Shown here: positions 13,264 through 24,934 of the stretch, in pieces
Numbering within the stretch: the stretch's first letter is position 1
Layout of the letters: every line of letters begins with the position of its first letter
Assembly: GCA_973895155.1 (NCBI GenBank)
Contig: OZ316898.1
Location: 13,732,330-13,796,329, forward strand
Length of the DNA: 64,000 nt
From: Marsupella aquatica
Taxonomy: Eukaryota; Plantae; Marchantiophyta
Direction of reading: 5' to 3'
The notes under the pieces: generated by a model
The model's database searches: none
The model's input: only the letters and a program-made list of their open reading frames with translations
Told to the model about the DNA's origin: nothing
Program-made: the position numbers and the translations under genes

Positions 13264-15421
13264 GGAGTGCAGGTCCACCATGTAGAGCCTAAAGGAGAAC
13301 TTCGGGTCATTATAGAGATTTGAAGATTGAAGGATTCATGTCTGAAGCGAGGCTCGTAGTCAGGACCTAGAGACTGTCTCCTCATACGTGCTCCACAAAG
13401 CTTTGTGGATACTTTCGACGGTTTCGTTGTACCACTATTCCCACCCATGTAAATATTCGGAAATAATCAGTTTGTTCATAGATACAGAGGACTGTCTCAC
13501 TATTGCATGATAAATTCGATTTGGTTTACTTCTAGTTCGTCACATTCCACCTCGTGCATGCTAAAATTATGGGCATAAATGAACCAAGTGGAGGCAGTTG
13601 GGTTGAGCATAGAAACTTGCAGTATTATTCTTTCATTCGTAACTGTCCGTGGGTCTTAAGGATGGAGGGATGAGAGTTGAAATTTTCTCAACTTTGAAGA
13701 TGTCATTTCCGTCTGAACCACCTCTTGTATGTAATTTTGAACATCAAACTGTGGGGGATCGTTAGCCAGAGAGATGTCCTTCAGTGTAGCTATGGTCATG
13801 TAAGCCTCAGGAGTATATGGTGTATTATTGCGTCAAAGTAACACCCTGTTTGCTTCCTTTTTTTTTGTTGGTCAAATTCGGGGACATCGACTGATCTTAG
13901 GTAGGAGCAGACTCAAACGTGACAACGGTCGCCACTGTGTATAGAATTGTCTTGAGTGCACAGTTACAGTGAGATGAGACCATCGCTCTTACAATCTTTT
14001 CTGTGGTCCGAATTACAAATTGAAACAGTCTGAGCCACTGTGATGTGTCGACACCAGTGTAAGAGTCAGAGTGCAACGTCTCTCTTTTACAATCGTCACT
14101 GGTCCCACTTACAAATCGTTAGCAAACTGAAGGGAAATGAACAGGAAGCTAAAGTCGAGAGTAAAGGTACGGTGGACTTTCACAAGAGAAACGTCTTAAA
14201 CTTCGAACAGTATACAGCAGTGAAGTAGTTCACGAACCTATCGTTTTCAAACTTGTAACATCACATCGTTATTGTGGTCTCATCAACCACAACTACTTTC
14301 GTCTTCCGGTACACTGGTACAGGAGTTCCTCGTGCTGACGTAAATCTCTGATGGGCTGGCAGGAGGCATTTGTACATCTTTCGTGCAGGTGAAGTTGGAG
14401 AGAGTGGGGATCCGTGAAAACCTGTTTACAATTCCAGATTTCGCAGATCTTGAAATCTCTTCAAACTAACACGTGATGGTGTTTTTCTTTCTTTGACTCA
14501 AAGACCCAGTGGCCAACACCTTTATGTCTTCACCTACACCTTAGCCAGAGACAATAAGTACTGCAGAATGGAACCAAGCCAGGAAGGTCATGTCTATTTT
14601 GGGGATTTTCATTCAGCAGGCCAATTGTAGGTTGTTTTGCCCAGAATGACTTGGAAGGACCTCAGCAAAACTACTGCCGGTATTGAATCTGAATGGCCTT
14701 GATCGCTACTTGAACGAGGGATCATCCACAAAAGTAGATCTCAAGCATGTGCCAAGAGTGCACAGCCTCAACTCCTCCGACTGAGGGGTAAGGTGATGGC
14801 ACGGTGGTCAATGTGCTCTTGTTGTAAGTCGCACCAGATGATCCATGTCCTTTGCCCCACGCCCATGCTTAACGAAGCAGTGCTGTAAAATTTGCCAGAT
14901 CAGGATGCAAGTTTAGAGAGGATGACAGGCACCAAATGAAGTTGGGTGTTCTTGAATTCCACATTTCCGATTGACACAAGAATTCTCCATGCACCCTGAG
15001 ATGAGCATTTTGAACCAAATTTGATCCCGCTCCCTCACGATTGTCTTTCAACCGATTTAAAGAAACTCCAGAGCAAAGATGCAGACAACCAGTCGGACAC
15101 ACTGGACATTGCCGATTGAGTTCGCTAAGTGGGTGCATTAATGTCCTCGAGACTTTTAAGGGTTACCACGAGGGTCTCAAGGTAATGCCAATATGAATTA
15201 CCCACTTATGATTGTATGCACAACTCTAGACAAAATTTTAGATACTTTCTGTGAATCTTAGAAAACAAATTGCAATGCATACCTTAGTAATATTCTTAGA
15301 CCTTAGTAATTAAAAACAAGCTGAATTCTACAGGGTTTTCATAGGTTTTTGCGATTTGCTGAAACGTGAAAACATTGAGCTTTTGTGCAGGTCCTGTGCG
15401 GGGCTACGGAAAATGTATAAG

Positions 15422-15568
15422 GTAATCACGGTCTTGTCGACCATTACCGGGGAGTAATAGGCACGACGCGGTTCTGACACAGGCACGACCGGCTGGAGCC
15501 GGGAGTGCCTGGGGAGGAACTGGGGAGGGCCGGTTCTCCCGGCAACGGACGAACAAGATCGTGATTAC
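15422..15568. mobile_element. 147-bp non-autonomous mini-element (or terminal hairpin module) with ~33-bp inverted ends related to the adjacent Crypton-like element
   Basis: Left end gtaatcacggtcttg-tcgaccattaccggggag versus reverse complement of right end gtaatcacgatcttgttcgtccgttgccggg-ag. Confidence 0.7.
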
Positions 15569-15819
15569 GTTACGTAATCAAGGGTAGGTCGTGCGGTTAC
15601 CGGTTGCTCTCGGTTAGACGACCGAGATTAAATCCATCAAACCTGGTCGCGATGGGGGTAAAGCGAGGCAACAGCGGATGGGTGCTCATACTATTGTTAG
15701 GGTAGGCTGCACTGTGAATGTCGATGCGCTGTGGAATGTTTTTGAGCGGGGATGGCGGCGAGTTGTTGGTGCAGATGGAGGCTAGTTGCTGCTGCAGGAA
15801 TGGAGGCCAGTTGCTGCGA

Positions 15820-16020
15820 GGAGCGGGGAATGGAGATGAGGCATTGTTTTGAAGTTTCTGTTGCTGTTATTGTGGCGTTGTGCAATGTCGATGGCTTGCA
15901 ATGTCACTGCGGGAATAGCCGATGTTCTTTGGAGCGGGGAATGGAGATCGTGACATTCTTTTTGAAATTTGTATTGCTGTTATTGTGGCGCTGTGCAATG
16001 TCGATGGCTTGCAATGTCGA
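15820..16020. repeat. ~111-bp tandem duplication inside the Crypton-like 5' region
   Basis: ggagcggggaatggagat...ttgctgttattgtggcg.tgtgcaatgtcgatggcttgcaatgtc occurs twice. Confidence 0.8.
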
Positions 16021-16052
16021 TGTGTTTGATGTGAATAACTGCTGGTGCGATA

Positions 16053-18136
16053 TTGGTTAAAATGACGATGTGTGTGGACAGTTTAGTTTCATTCTCGTCG
16101 ATTACTGAATCTGTGGAATCGGTGGTGCAGGGATACAGGAAGATGGAGGAGTTGGTTGACGATGGAGCTGCAACCGAGTGGACTGCTGGTGACATTGATT
16201 ACTGTTCCTTGGACGAGCTTCATGGCGAGCAATCGACTGAAGTTGATGAGATTGACTTACGCACTGTGTTTGATGAAATCTCTTGAGACTCTGTGGCTGT
16301 CGATGTCGTTTCTACTCTGTTCGAGAGTGAGTCTGTCCAGCAGTTAGAGGTAAGTGTGCCAGGGTTACGGGCGCTTCCCGACCCTATGCTAGCTTAGGCA
16401 GGTAGAGGCGAAGAGAAATCAGCTTCACACAACAACGATCGATGGGCAGCAAAATGAGCTGACAGTCTTCGAATGGGTCTTGGTTGGGACATGACGGTTC
16501 CTCTTGGGAGTTTGCCTTTGCAACAGCTTGATGAGCTGTTTAGTAATCTTTTTACAAGAGCTGTAAAAGTAGACGGTACTCCATATCCTTCAGCCACTCT
16601 CATGAACATGATGAATGGCTTTAATCGAATCTTGAGGCATGCAAGCGACATTAGATCATTGAGATGTGAGGGAAATCTGCTAGAGAAAGATTTTAATATC
16701 AATGCGCATCCAGCTTTTGCTAGAACTCGCATGGTCCTGAACGCTGCCATCAAGAAGAGTGCAAAGGATGGAGTAAACAAAAAAAGAAAGAAGGTATGCA
16801 GCTTGCTTTCGAAATAGTTTCTGTTTTCAGTGGAAGTTGTTGTTTGTGCATCTTTAACAGCCTTTCGAATGGTACAGGGTGAAGTCTTAACAGAGCAGAT
16901 GGAGACGGCAATCTTAGCAGACATTGACCATCAGCTGACCTATAGCCACGGATGTCAGAAGCGCTTGGCGTTCTTTTGTCTTGTCAGGTTGGGTTTGAGA
17001 GGAGGAGGGGAAATATGGAACTTGCATCGCAATGATCTGAAAACCTGTCTGGACAAAGCAGGCAGAGAGTATGTCATGTAAGTATCCTTTTGAATCACTA
17101 ACTTAACAAGTTTTTTCTTTCTGTGATCCCTGACTGCTCATATTATGTGGTTTTCGTGTTCAGGTTTGAAGAGAGGGAGAGCAAAAACAACTCGTACACA
17201 CTTCAGAAGTACCAAGAGGAGCAGTTTCGCAATGTCTTCCATAGTTACGATGAAGACTTCTTGATGACGGTGAAGCAGTACAAGCGGCATTTGCCACCTG
17301 AAGCAGAGTCCGAGAAGCCTGACTTGTTCATGCAGGCTGTCACAAATCCAGCAGGGATTGTTTGGTACAACAAATGTCACAAGGTTGGGAGAGATACAGC
17401 TGGTAAGTGGCTAAAAAATATGGCTCTACTAGTAGGATTGACACCTGAAGTATTCACCAATCGCAGTGGGAGAGCTACTCTCATCACCCGAATGGCTGCT
17501 CGTGGAGTTCCTGATGAAGTTGGTATGCTAATCAGTGGACACCATTCCACTGGGGGCTATTTGAGGTATGATCGAACATAGAGATTGAAGATGGAAGCAG
17601 CTACATTAGTGTCTAGCAATCCTGCTATGGATACGAGAAAGCCTTGTCACATGTATCAGAGAAATTTGTTGCAGAGGAGCTGGTCGGATCTTGTTCTGGT
17701 TTGAAGCTGCTTGTAAGCAGGGTGAGCGAGAACTCTAATCTGCCGATGGCCATTACGAATCTCTTGCAGGTAAGTCGATGCAGTACTTTCTGGTTTCTTG
17801 TGACTTGTTTACTGTAATCTCATTTTACTTATTCCTGCTATGAATTGGCAGGTCCGAGAGGAACAACATATGGAGGAGAAAGGTCCTACAAATAGTTCGG
17901 ATGGTTCAAACAGCAAGAGGTCGAGATGGGAGAGAAATTATGACGACTTTGACTGGGAGAATGCAATTCTGACCAAGGATCCAGAGCTGTTTAAGAGAAT
18001 GTCATCGCTACCGAAGTCACCACGTTCAGTAGGAAGTAATATGTCAGGGAATGCTTTCCATAATTGTAGTGTGACCATCAAGTTTGTTCATCCGAACAAT
18101 GAGGAAGACAAGGAGAATAGTGTAGGTCCAAGCTAA
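16053..18136 (+). pseudogene. Tyrosine recombinase (Crypton / DUF3504-like), spliced and disrupted
   Basis: Introns at 16794-16877, 17078-17163 and 17770-17851 (all GT-AG), possibly also 16350-16400. Motifs: DGTPYPSATL, AFARTRMVL, GLRGG (R), ERESKNN (K), VWY..HKVG, TNRSGR, SGHHS and YLRY (Tyr at His+9), with C-terminal FHNCSVTI. In-frame stops at 16284, 16395, 16455 and 17579, and an apparent 1-nt deletion near 17631. Confidence 0.88.
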
Positions 18137-18638
18137 TGGTGTAGATAGTGATAAGTCTCCATTGTTGAGACAGAGTTCTCATGTAGTCAGGCTAGTTATA
18201 CAATTGCTTATATAGAATTATCCGGTAAGTGTTCTACTGATTATACATTTATCATGAACCTGAAGTATTCTTTTGTCACGTCATTTGGATTGATCAGTAT
18301 TTTTGTCACCTTTCAATAAAACAGAATGATTTTTGTACATGAAACTGTTTGAGTCTTTTGTGACCAAATTGTGTATACACTTTCCGTCTGGATTGTCACA
18401 AGAAATCACTATCAGCCATGACACAGAAATAAAACCTGCCAAGAAACACAAGCCGAGTGTCGCCCCCACTGGAAACCAGAACAGACGATGCTCCTATTGA
18501 GAAAACAGAAAAGAAGAAAAAGGATTGGAATAGCCATGATCAAGAGTAAACTGGCAACTGAGAAATGTATGTTCTCCGTTGAAAAATATGCCTTGTCCAT
18601 CCACTCCTTATCCCTTTTCCATCCACTCCTTATAGGAC

Positions 18639-18701
18639 TCCGTAAGGGCATTATGAATTTCCGTCAAAGCATTACAGGGTTCCGTAAAGGAATTATGGAT
18701 T
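18639..18701. repeat. Three 21-bp subterminal tandem repeats near the right end of the Crypton-like element
   Basis: tccgtaagggcattatgaatt / tccgtcaaagcattacagggt / tccgtaaaggaattatggatt at 18639, 18660 and 18681. Confidence 0.7.
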
Positions 18702-20133
18702 TTTGTTGTGTCAGGATGGAATATTATGGTAATGGGCATAATGGACGGAAAGTTTCACCCAACGGTAACCGCACCACCAACCCGTGATTACGAGATTGCA
18801 AGTGTACTGCAGAATTGATCATGATTGTGATAAGTCCAAATTGAGTGGCCACCATGCTGATGTCAGTCACATTTGGAGGTCAGGAGCTTGCACTTCATTA
18901 GGGAGTCTCAAAGCCAGGCCATGGCTGAAAGTTACCAGTTTATGGTCCATCCTGTAACTCTAGTTATAGGACCCATTTAAGGATTTTCAAAAATGGGGGG
19001 AAGTAGCATTGACAGTCCCATAATGCATGGCTTTACACCCCGGCAACTTTCCATCGCTTCTTTAGAATGATGCGGGGTACATTATCTAGAGTGGACCTTA
19101 TCTCCCGGTGTCTGTCATCATGACCTTCTTTTAGACTGAGGGAGTCTGACGTGCTCTAGAGGGCTCACACATTAATTTCACAATTCTTTGTAGAGTGAGA
19201 CTGTTGGGTTTAGGGCATTTGATCAAATTCCCTTGCTTAACCCTCCCATGCAGCTCACCTTAAATCTCTACCAGGCTCTTCAGCTTGACGTCAGAGAGGT
19301 TTCAGGTATTTTTGTTCCTAGGTGCTTTGGTGGACTTTTGTCCGGGTCCCCTGGGCCTTTTGGTTTCTTTTGTTGCATTCCCTTGATTCAGTCATTTGCC
19401 TGTGGGATAATTTTTTCAGGTTGGGTGCCTTCAGTTTTTTGCAGTTTAATATTATTTTTATGGCGTCACCTTAGACTAATGACATATACTGTTTCTCCGT
19501 CATCCTTAGACACCATCCCAAATGCAGCAGCCACTAGTGCCTGGAAACACCGCGCAACAATGCAAATGTCCACTGCTTTTTGCGCAGCATTTGCAAATTT
19601 TTGTAGTGAGTGACAGGGTAGAACAAACTTATTGAAGGGGCACACCTGGTTGGTTCTAAACATCATAGTTTCGCTCTTTTTCAAGTATTTTGCGATTGGA
19701 GGAAAAAAATTTGAAAACAACCTTGCTTCATATTTGGTATAACTTCTAATGTGTTCTTTGCATCATTCCTGAAAAAAACTCATTTGCATAAAGAGTGGAC
19801 ATGTATGATCGTCAACAAAACTTGCTTAGTTTTGAAAATGCATCCATTTTTGGGAGTGAAGGTGGCGGGAGGAGGGCTATGAGATGGAACCCAGAGAGGT
19901 ATGGGTTGGAGACTAGAGGGCTATGGGATGAAGGGGGGAGGTGGGAGAAACTATGCGCTAGAGACCAGAGGGCTATGGGGTGGAAGCCAAAAAGCTATGG
20001 GATAGAGGCCGGAGAGACCATCCTAGACAAGCCCATCATGCCTAGAGCTGAGAACTAGACAGCAAAAAGACAGCAGTAGTGTGGAGAGGACCCCTATTGT
20101 AAGACTCAAGCTGCTCCAAAAACATTGGAAGCT

Positions 20134-20292
20134 GTGTGGATAGTAAGTGAAATTTTCTGAAGCACAAAGTGTGGATAGTGAGTGAAATTTTCTGAAGCAC
20201 AAAGTGTGGCTAGTGAGTGAAATTTTTAGAAGCACAAGTGTGGATAGTGAGTGAAACTTTCTGAAGGACTAAGTGTGGATAGTGAGTAAAAC
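20134..20292. repeat. 35-bp minisatellite, ~4.5 copies plus degenerate copies downstream
   Basis: Unit gtgtggatagtgagtgaaattttctgaagcacaaa. Confidence 0.9.
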
Positions 20293-20444
20293 TAGAGGGC
20301 GATGTCAACGTTAGTTGCTCAAAAACTTTTGGGAGCACCAAGTGTAGACAGTGATTGCAATCTAAAGTAGCACCAAGTGTGGCTGGCAAGTTAAATTCAT
20401 AGATAGCTCAATTCTTCATCAACACTAAAAAATATTGGATTGGT

Positions 20445-20755
20445 GGGAAAGATCCAAGAACACCTTGGAAATATTAGATTAGTTGTAAAGACCTAAGAAG
20501 GGCCGAATCTCTTGGATACAAAGGGAGATGTTGAAGGTGTGAAACACGTCATCAAAACTAGGAATGCCAGATTAGATTAGATTAGATTAGATGTAAAGGG
20601 AGATATTGAAGGTGTAAATCATGTCATCAAAACTAGCCATAGATTTGGAAAAGATCCAAGAAGAGCCGAATGTGTTCGATATCAAGGGAGATAATGAAAG
20701 TGCAAATGAAGAACCGAATGTGTTCGATATCAAGAGGGAAATTGAAGGTGTAAAG
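20445..20755. repeat. Degenerate local repeats
   Basis: ggaaaagatccaagaa, ccgaatgtgttcgatatcaag (x2), agggagat.ttgaaggtgt (x3) and (attag)n. Confidence 0.6.
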
Positions 20756-21609
20756 ATGTCACCGTCCATGAGGGTTTCCCGGTTCGCTGGCTGGGAATTC
20801 CATGGTTCACAGGCTGGACAATCGGGGTGTCAACTTCCATTTCTTGAAACTATTCTGTAGCACAGTATATAAAAGTAGTAGTGTGATGAAATCAAACGAG
20901 GACGTTGCAAATCTTGAGACAAAATGTTCGTCAATCTTTGAAAAATCCGATCTATCTGTACTGTCCATACACAAAGGCAACGGCTCTCACGTTTCAGTCT
21001 AGTTCTAGTTAGATCAGCCAGTGCCCCCGAATTTGACAAAAGCAAATGAAGCAAACATGGCAATGTTCGATGCAAACGTACGGAGATACTCCTGATGCTC
21101 AGATGACCATTGCTACGACTCGAGGACAACAGCTGGCTACTGAACCCCAACAATTTGAGGTACTTCAGACGGAAGTAACGTCTTCAAAGCTACGAGAAAT
21201 TCAGCGCTCATGCCCCATATAGCAGTAAGGATGAAAGAACAGTTCTGCAAGATTCTATGCTGAACCTCACATTCCAGATCTTCGAACAAGGCCAGTCAAA
21301 TCATATATGCATTCGATATTTGCATCTGAGCAGTGCACTGAATGACGAAGTAGAGGGAAACCAGATCAATTTCTCTCGCAATAGTGAAGTAGTCCACTGT
21401 ACTAGTGAACGAAACTGATTCTTCGGAATATTTACATCAGTGGGAAGAGTGGTACATGTAAAACGTCGACGTATCCACAAAGCTTATGGAGCACTATACG
21501 AGGAGATACTCTCCGGGTCCTAACTACAATACCAGCCTCGCTTTAAACAATGGATCCTTGAATCTCTGCGCTACAACCTCGGCTCTACAGTGGTCGACCT
21601 GCAGTGTCC

Positions 21610-22977
<1,368 letters not shown>

Positions 22978-23404
22978 TTAATCTCGATAAGATGAGCACT
23001 GGAGCAGGCGGAGGAGGAGGAGGAGGAGGAGCGGTGAAGTCACGTCAATGCTCCATAACGTGCTGTCTTGTACACCTATCCGTCTACTTTACTGTCTGCC
23101 GTCCCGTTGCAAACGTAAACAGATTCTCGTCCGTCAGATCCTCCGCATCCAGAGTGAGCGGTGTACTGTGGTCGGTTGGATCCGTCGTCTGTTGGAGGGA
23201 TCTGACAGTACAGCACTGTAAGTCTGTAATGTAAAGCAAGGTACGTTTCTTTCAACAGCAAGGAAAGCGAACGCATGAAGGAGTTGCGGACAATGCAAGA
23301 AAGAGGGCGGAACAAAATAATACCTCGAACTGTCTGGATGAACCTGGAGGACGGGCTTCTTCGGAGGGACCGTCCTGAAACTACCTACGGTAAAACAGAA
23401 TGGT

Positions 23405-23611
23405 CCTCTCTATGGTCAGTCAGATATTGAGGGCCTCAATAAGCTCAAAGGCAATAGGGCGTGTCAAAGCAGGCCTCTCTATGGTAGTCAGATATTGAGG
23501 GCCTCAATAAGCTCAAAGGCAATAGGGCGTGTCAAAGCAGGCCTCTCTATGGTAGTCAGATATTGAGGACCTCAATAAGTGCAAAGGCAATAGGGCCTGT
23601 CAAAGCAGGCC
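23405..23611. repeat. 68-bp tandem repeat x3 with an internal palindrome
   Basis: Unit cctctctatggtagtcagaTATTGAGGgCCTCAATAagctcaaaggcaatagggcgtgtcaaagcagg at 23405, 23474 and 23542. Confidence 0.92.
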
Positions 23612-23707
23612 TGAACTGTTACAAATCAGGACAAAAATACATAGAAGTAAGACTATGCTTACAGGAGAATTTTGCCAAAAATACACAGAAGTAAAACTAT
23701 ACTTAAG

Positions 23708-24731
23708 GGGAAATTTTGACCCTGAGTTAAATCTACATCAAGTTAATGCTCCCCCACTTTCCTGGGGCGCCGTACACTGCCCGTCCCAATCCCCGATGCT
23801 GCTGCCCGCTCCGGCCCAAGTTTGGCAGAACATAAACCAATACTCTAAGATTTAACGCATGCGCTCCGGCCTAATCGACTTTGCGCCATCGACTGCGGGT
23901 TTATGTTTTGGCACATTCGCTCACTCCAGCCCGAATGACTTAAGTTTGTGTCATCGACTTCTTCCTTGTGGAGTCGTGGTTTATGTTCTGGCAACTCTTC
24001 TTTCCAACAGAGTTATATTTTCTTTGTAAGAGAGTCTAAGTGTTCAAGGCAAGCCTAGTACTTTGGTTAAGAGTTCCGATTTATAGAGTCTTGGTTTATG
24101 TTGTGCCAAATACTTATCCTCTATGGACTTGTGATTAATGTTTTGGCAACACTTCTTTCCAAGGGAGTGATGTTTGTTTAGTAAGACAATCTAAGCATTT
24201 AGGCACAACCTAGTATTTGGGTTAAGAGTCATGATTCTAGAGTCTTGGTTGATGTTTTTCCAAATGCTTCTTCTTGATGGAGTCATGGTTTATGTTCTGG
24301 CAACACTTCTTTCCGATGGAGTCATACCTATTTTGTAATAGAATCTAAGTGTTCAAGGGGAGCCTAATACTTTGGTTGAGAGTCATGATTGTTAGACTCT
24401 TGGTTTATGTTATGCCAAGTACTTATTCTCTATGGAGTTGTGGTTTATGTCTTGGCAACACTTATTTCCAAAAAGTTGATGACACAAAGTAGACCGGGCT
24501 GGAGCGGCCGACAAAAAGTGATGGGTGCCAAAACATAAACCCGAAGTCGATGGCGCAAAGTCGATCGGACCAGAACACATGCGTTAAATCGTAGAGTATT
24601 GGTTTATGTTCTGCCAAACTTGGGCTGGAGCGGGCAGCAGCATCGGGGATTGGGATGGGCAGTGTACGGCGCCCCTGCAAAGTGGGGGAGCATTAACTTG
24701 ATGTAGATTTAACTCAGGGTGAAAATTTGCC
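23708..24731. mobile_element. Non-autonomous foldback/MULE-like element with ~250-bp TIRs and internal ~155-bp tandem repeats
   Basis: aaatttt.accctgagttaaatctacatcaagttaatgctcccccacttt... at 23711 mirrors ...aaagtgggggagcattaacttgatgtagatttaactcagggtgaaaattt at the right end. The interior repeats gagtc.tggtttatgtt. No TSD was recognised. Confidence 0.88.
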
Positions 24732-24934
24732 ACTCCCTAATGGCCCTATTGGAAGCTCTCAAACCAGCTTTTCTGTGGTAGTTTTACTTCATTGGCCGGA
24801 GGTTATTGGTCAAAATTCTGTTATTCCCAAAAATTCTACTCACTAATTCAGTGAACCAGTATCCACACCCAAAAAAATGATCAAATTCAAAAATGTCAAA
24901 TGTTGAATTAACCTAGGGGTGGGTGTTGTGCCAC

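Larger units (their letters stand above)
15573..18792 (+). mobile_element. Crypton-like tyrosine-recombinase DNA transposon with 30-bp imperfect terminal inverted repeats
   Basis: 15573-15602 cgtaatcaagggtaggtcgtgcggttaccg versus reverse complement of 18763-18792 cgtaatcacgggttggtggtgcggttaccg (27/30 identical). These ends enclose a spliced YR gene; there is no RT, gag or DDE ORF. Confidence 0.85.

Noticed and set aside
14300-15150. Possible decayed LINE ORF1 on the minus strand
   Set aside because: Only vague Cys/His patterns are visible, which is not supportable without a search.
16394-16924. 176-aa minus-strand ORF
   Set aside because: It is antisense to the recombinase exons and has no motifs of its own.
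15410-18800. Terminal direct repeats or TSD for the Crypton-like element
   Set aside because: The sequences outside the ends (ataag), at the junction (gttac) and at the right (gagat) do not match, so no direct repeat is claimed.
20134-20292. 35-bp repeats of CRISPR-like length (also the 23405 and 47139 arrays)
   Set aside because: They are contiguous tandem units with no unique spacers, no cas genes and a eukaryotic context.
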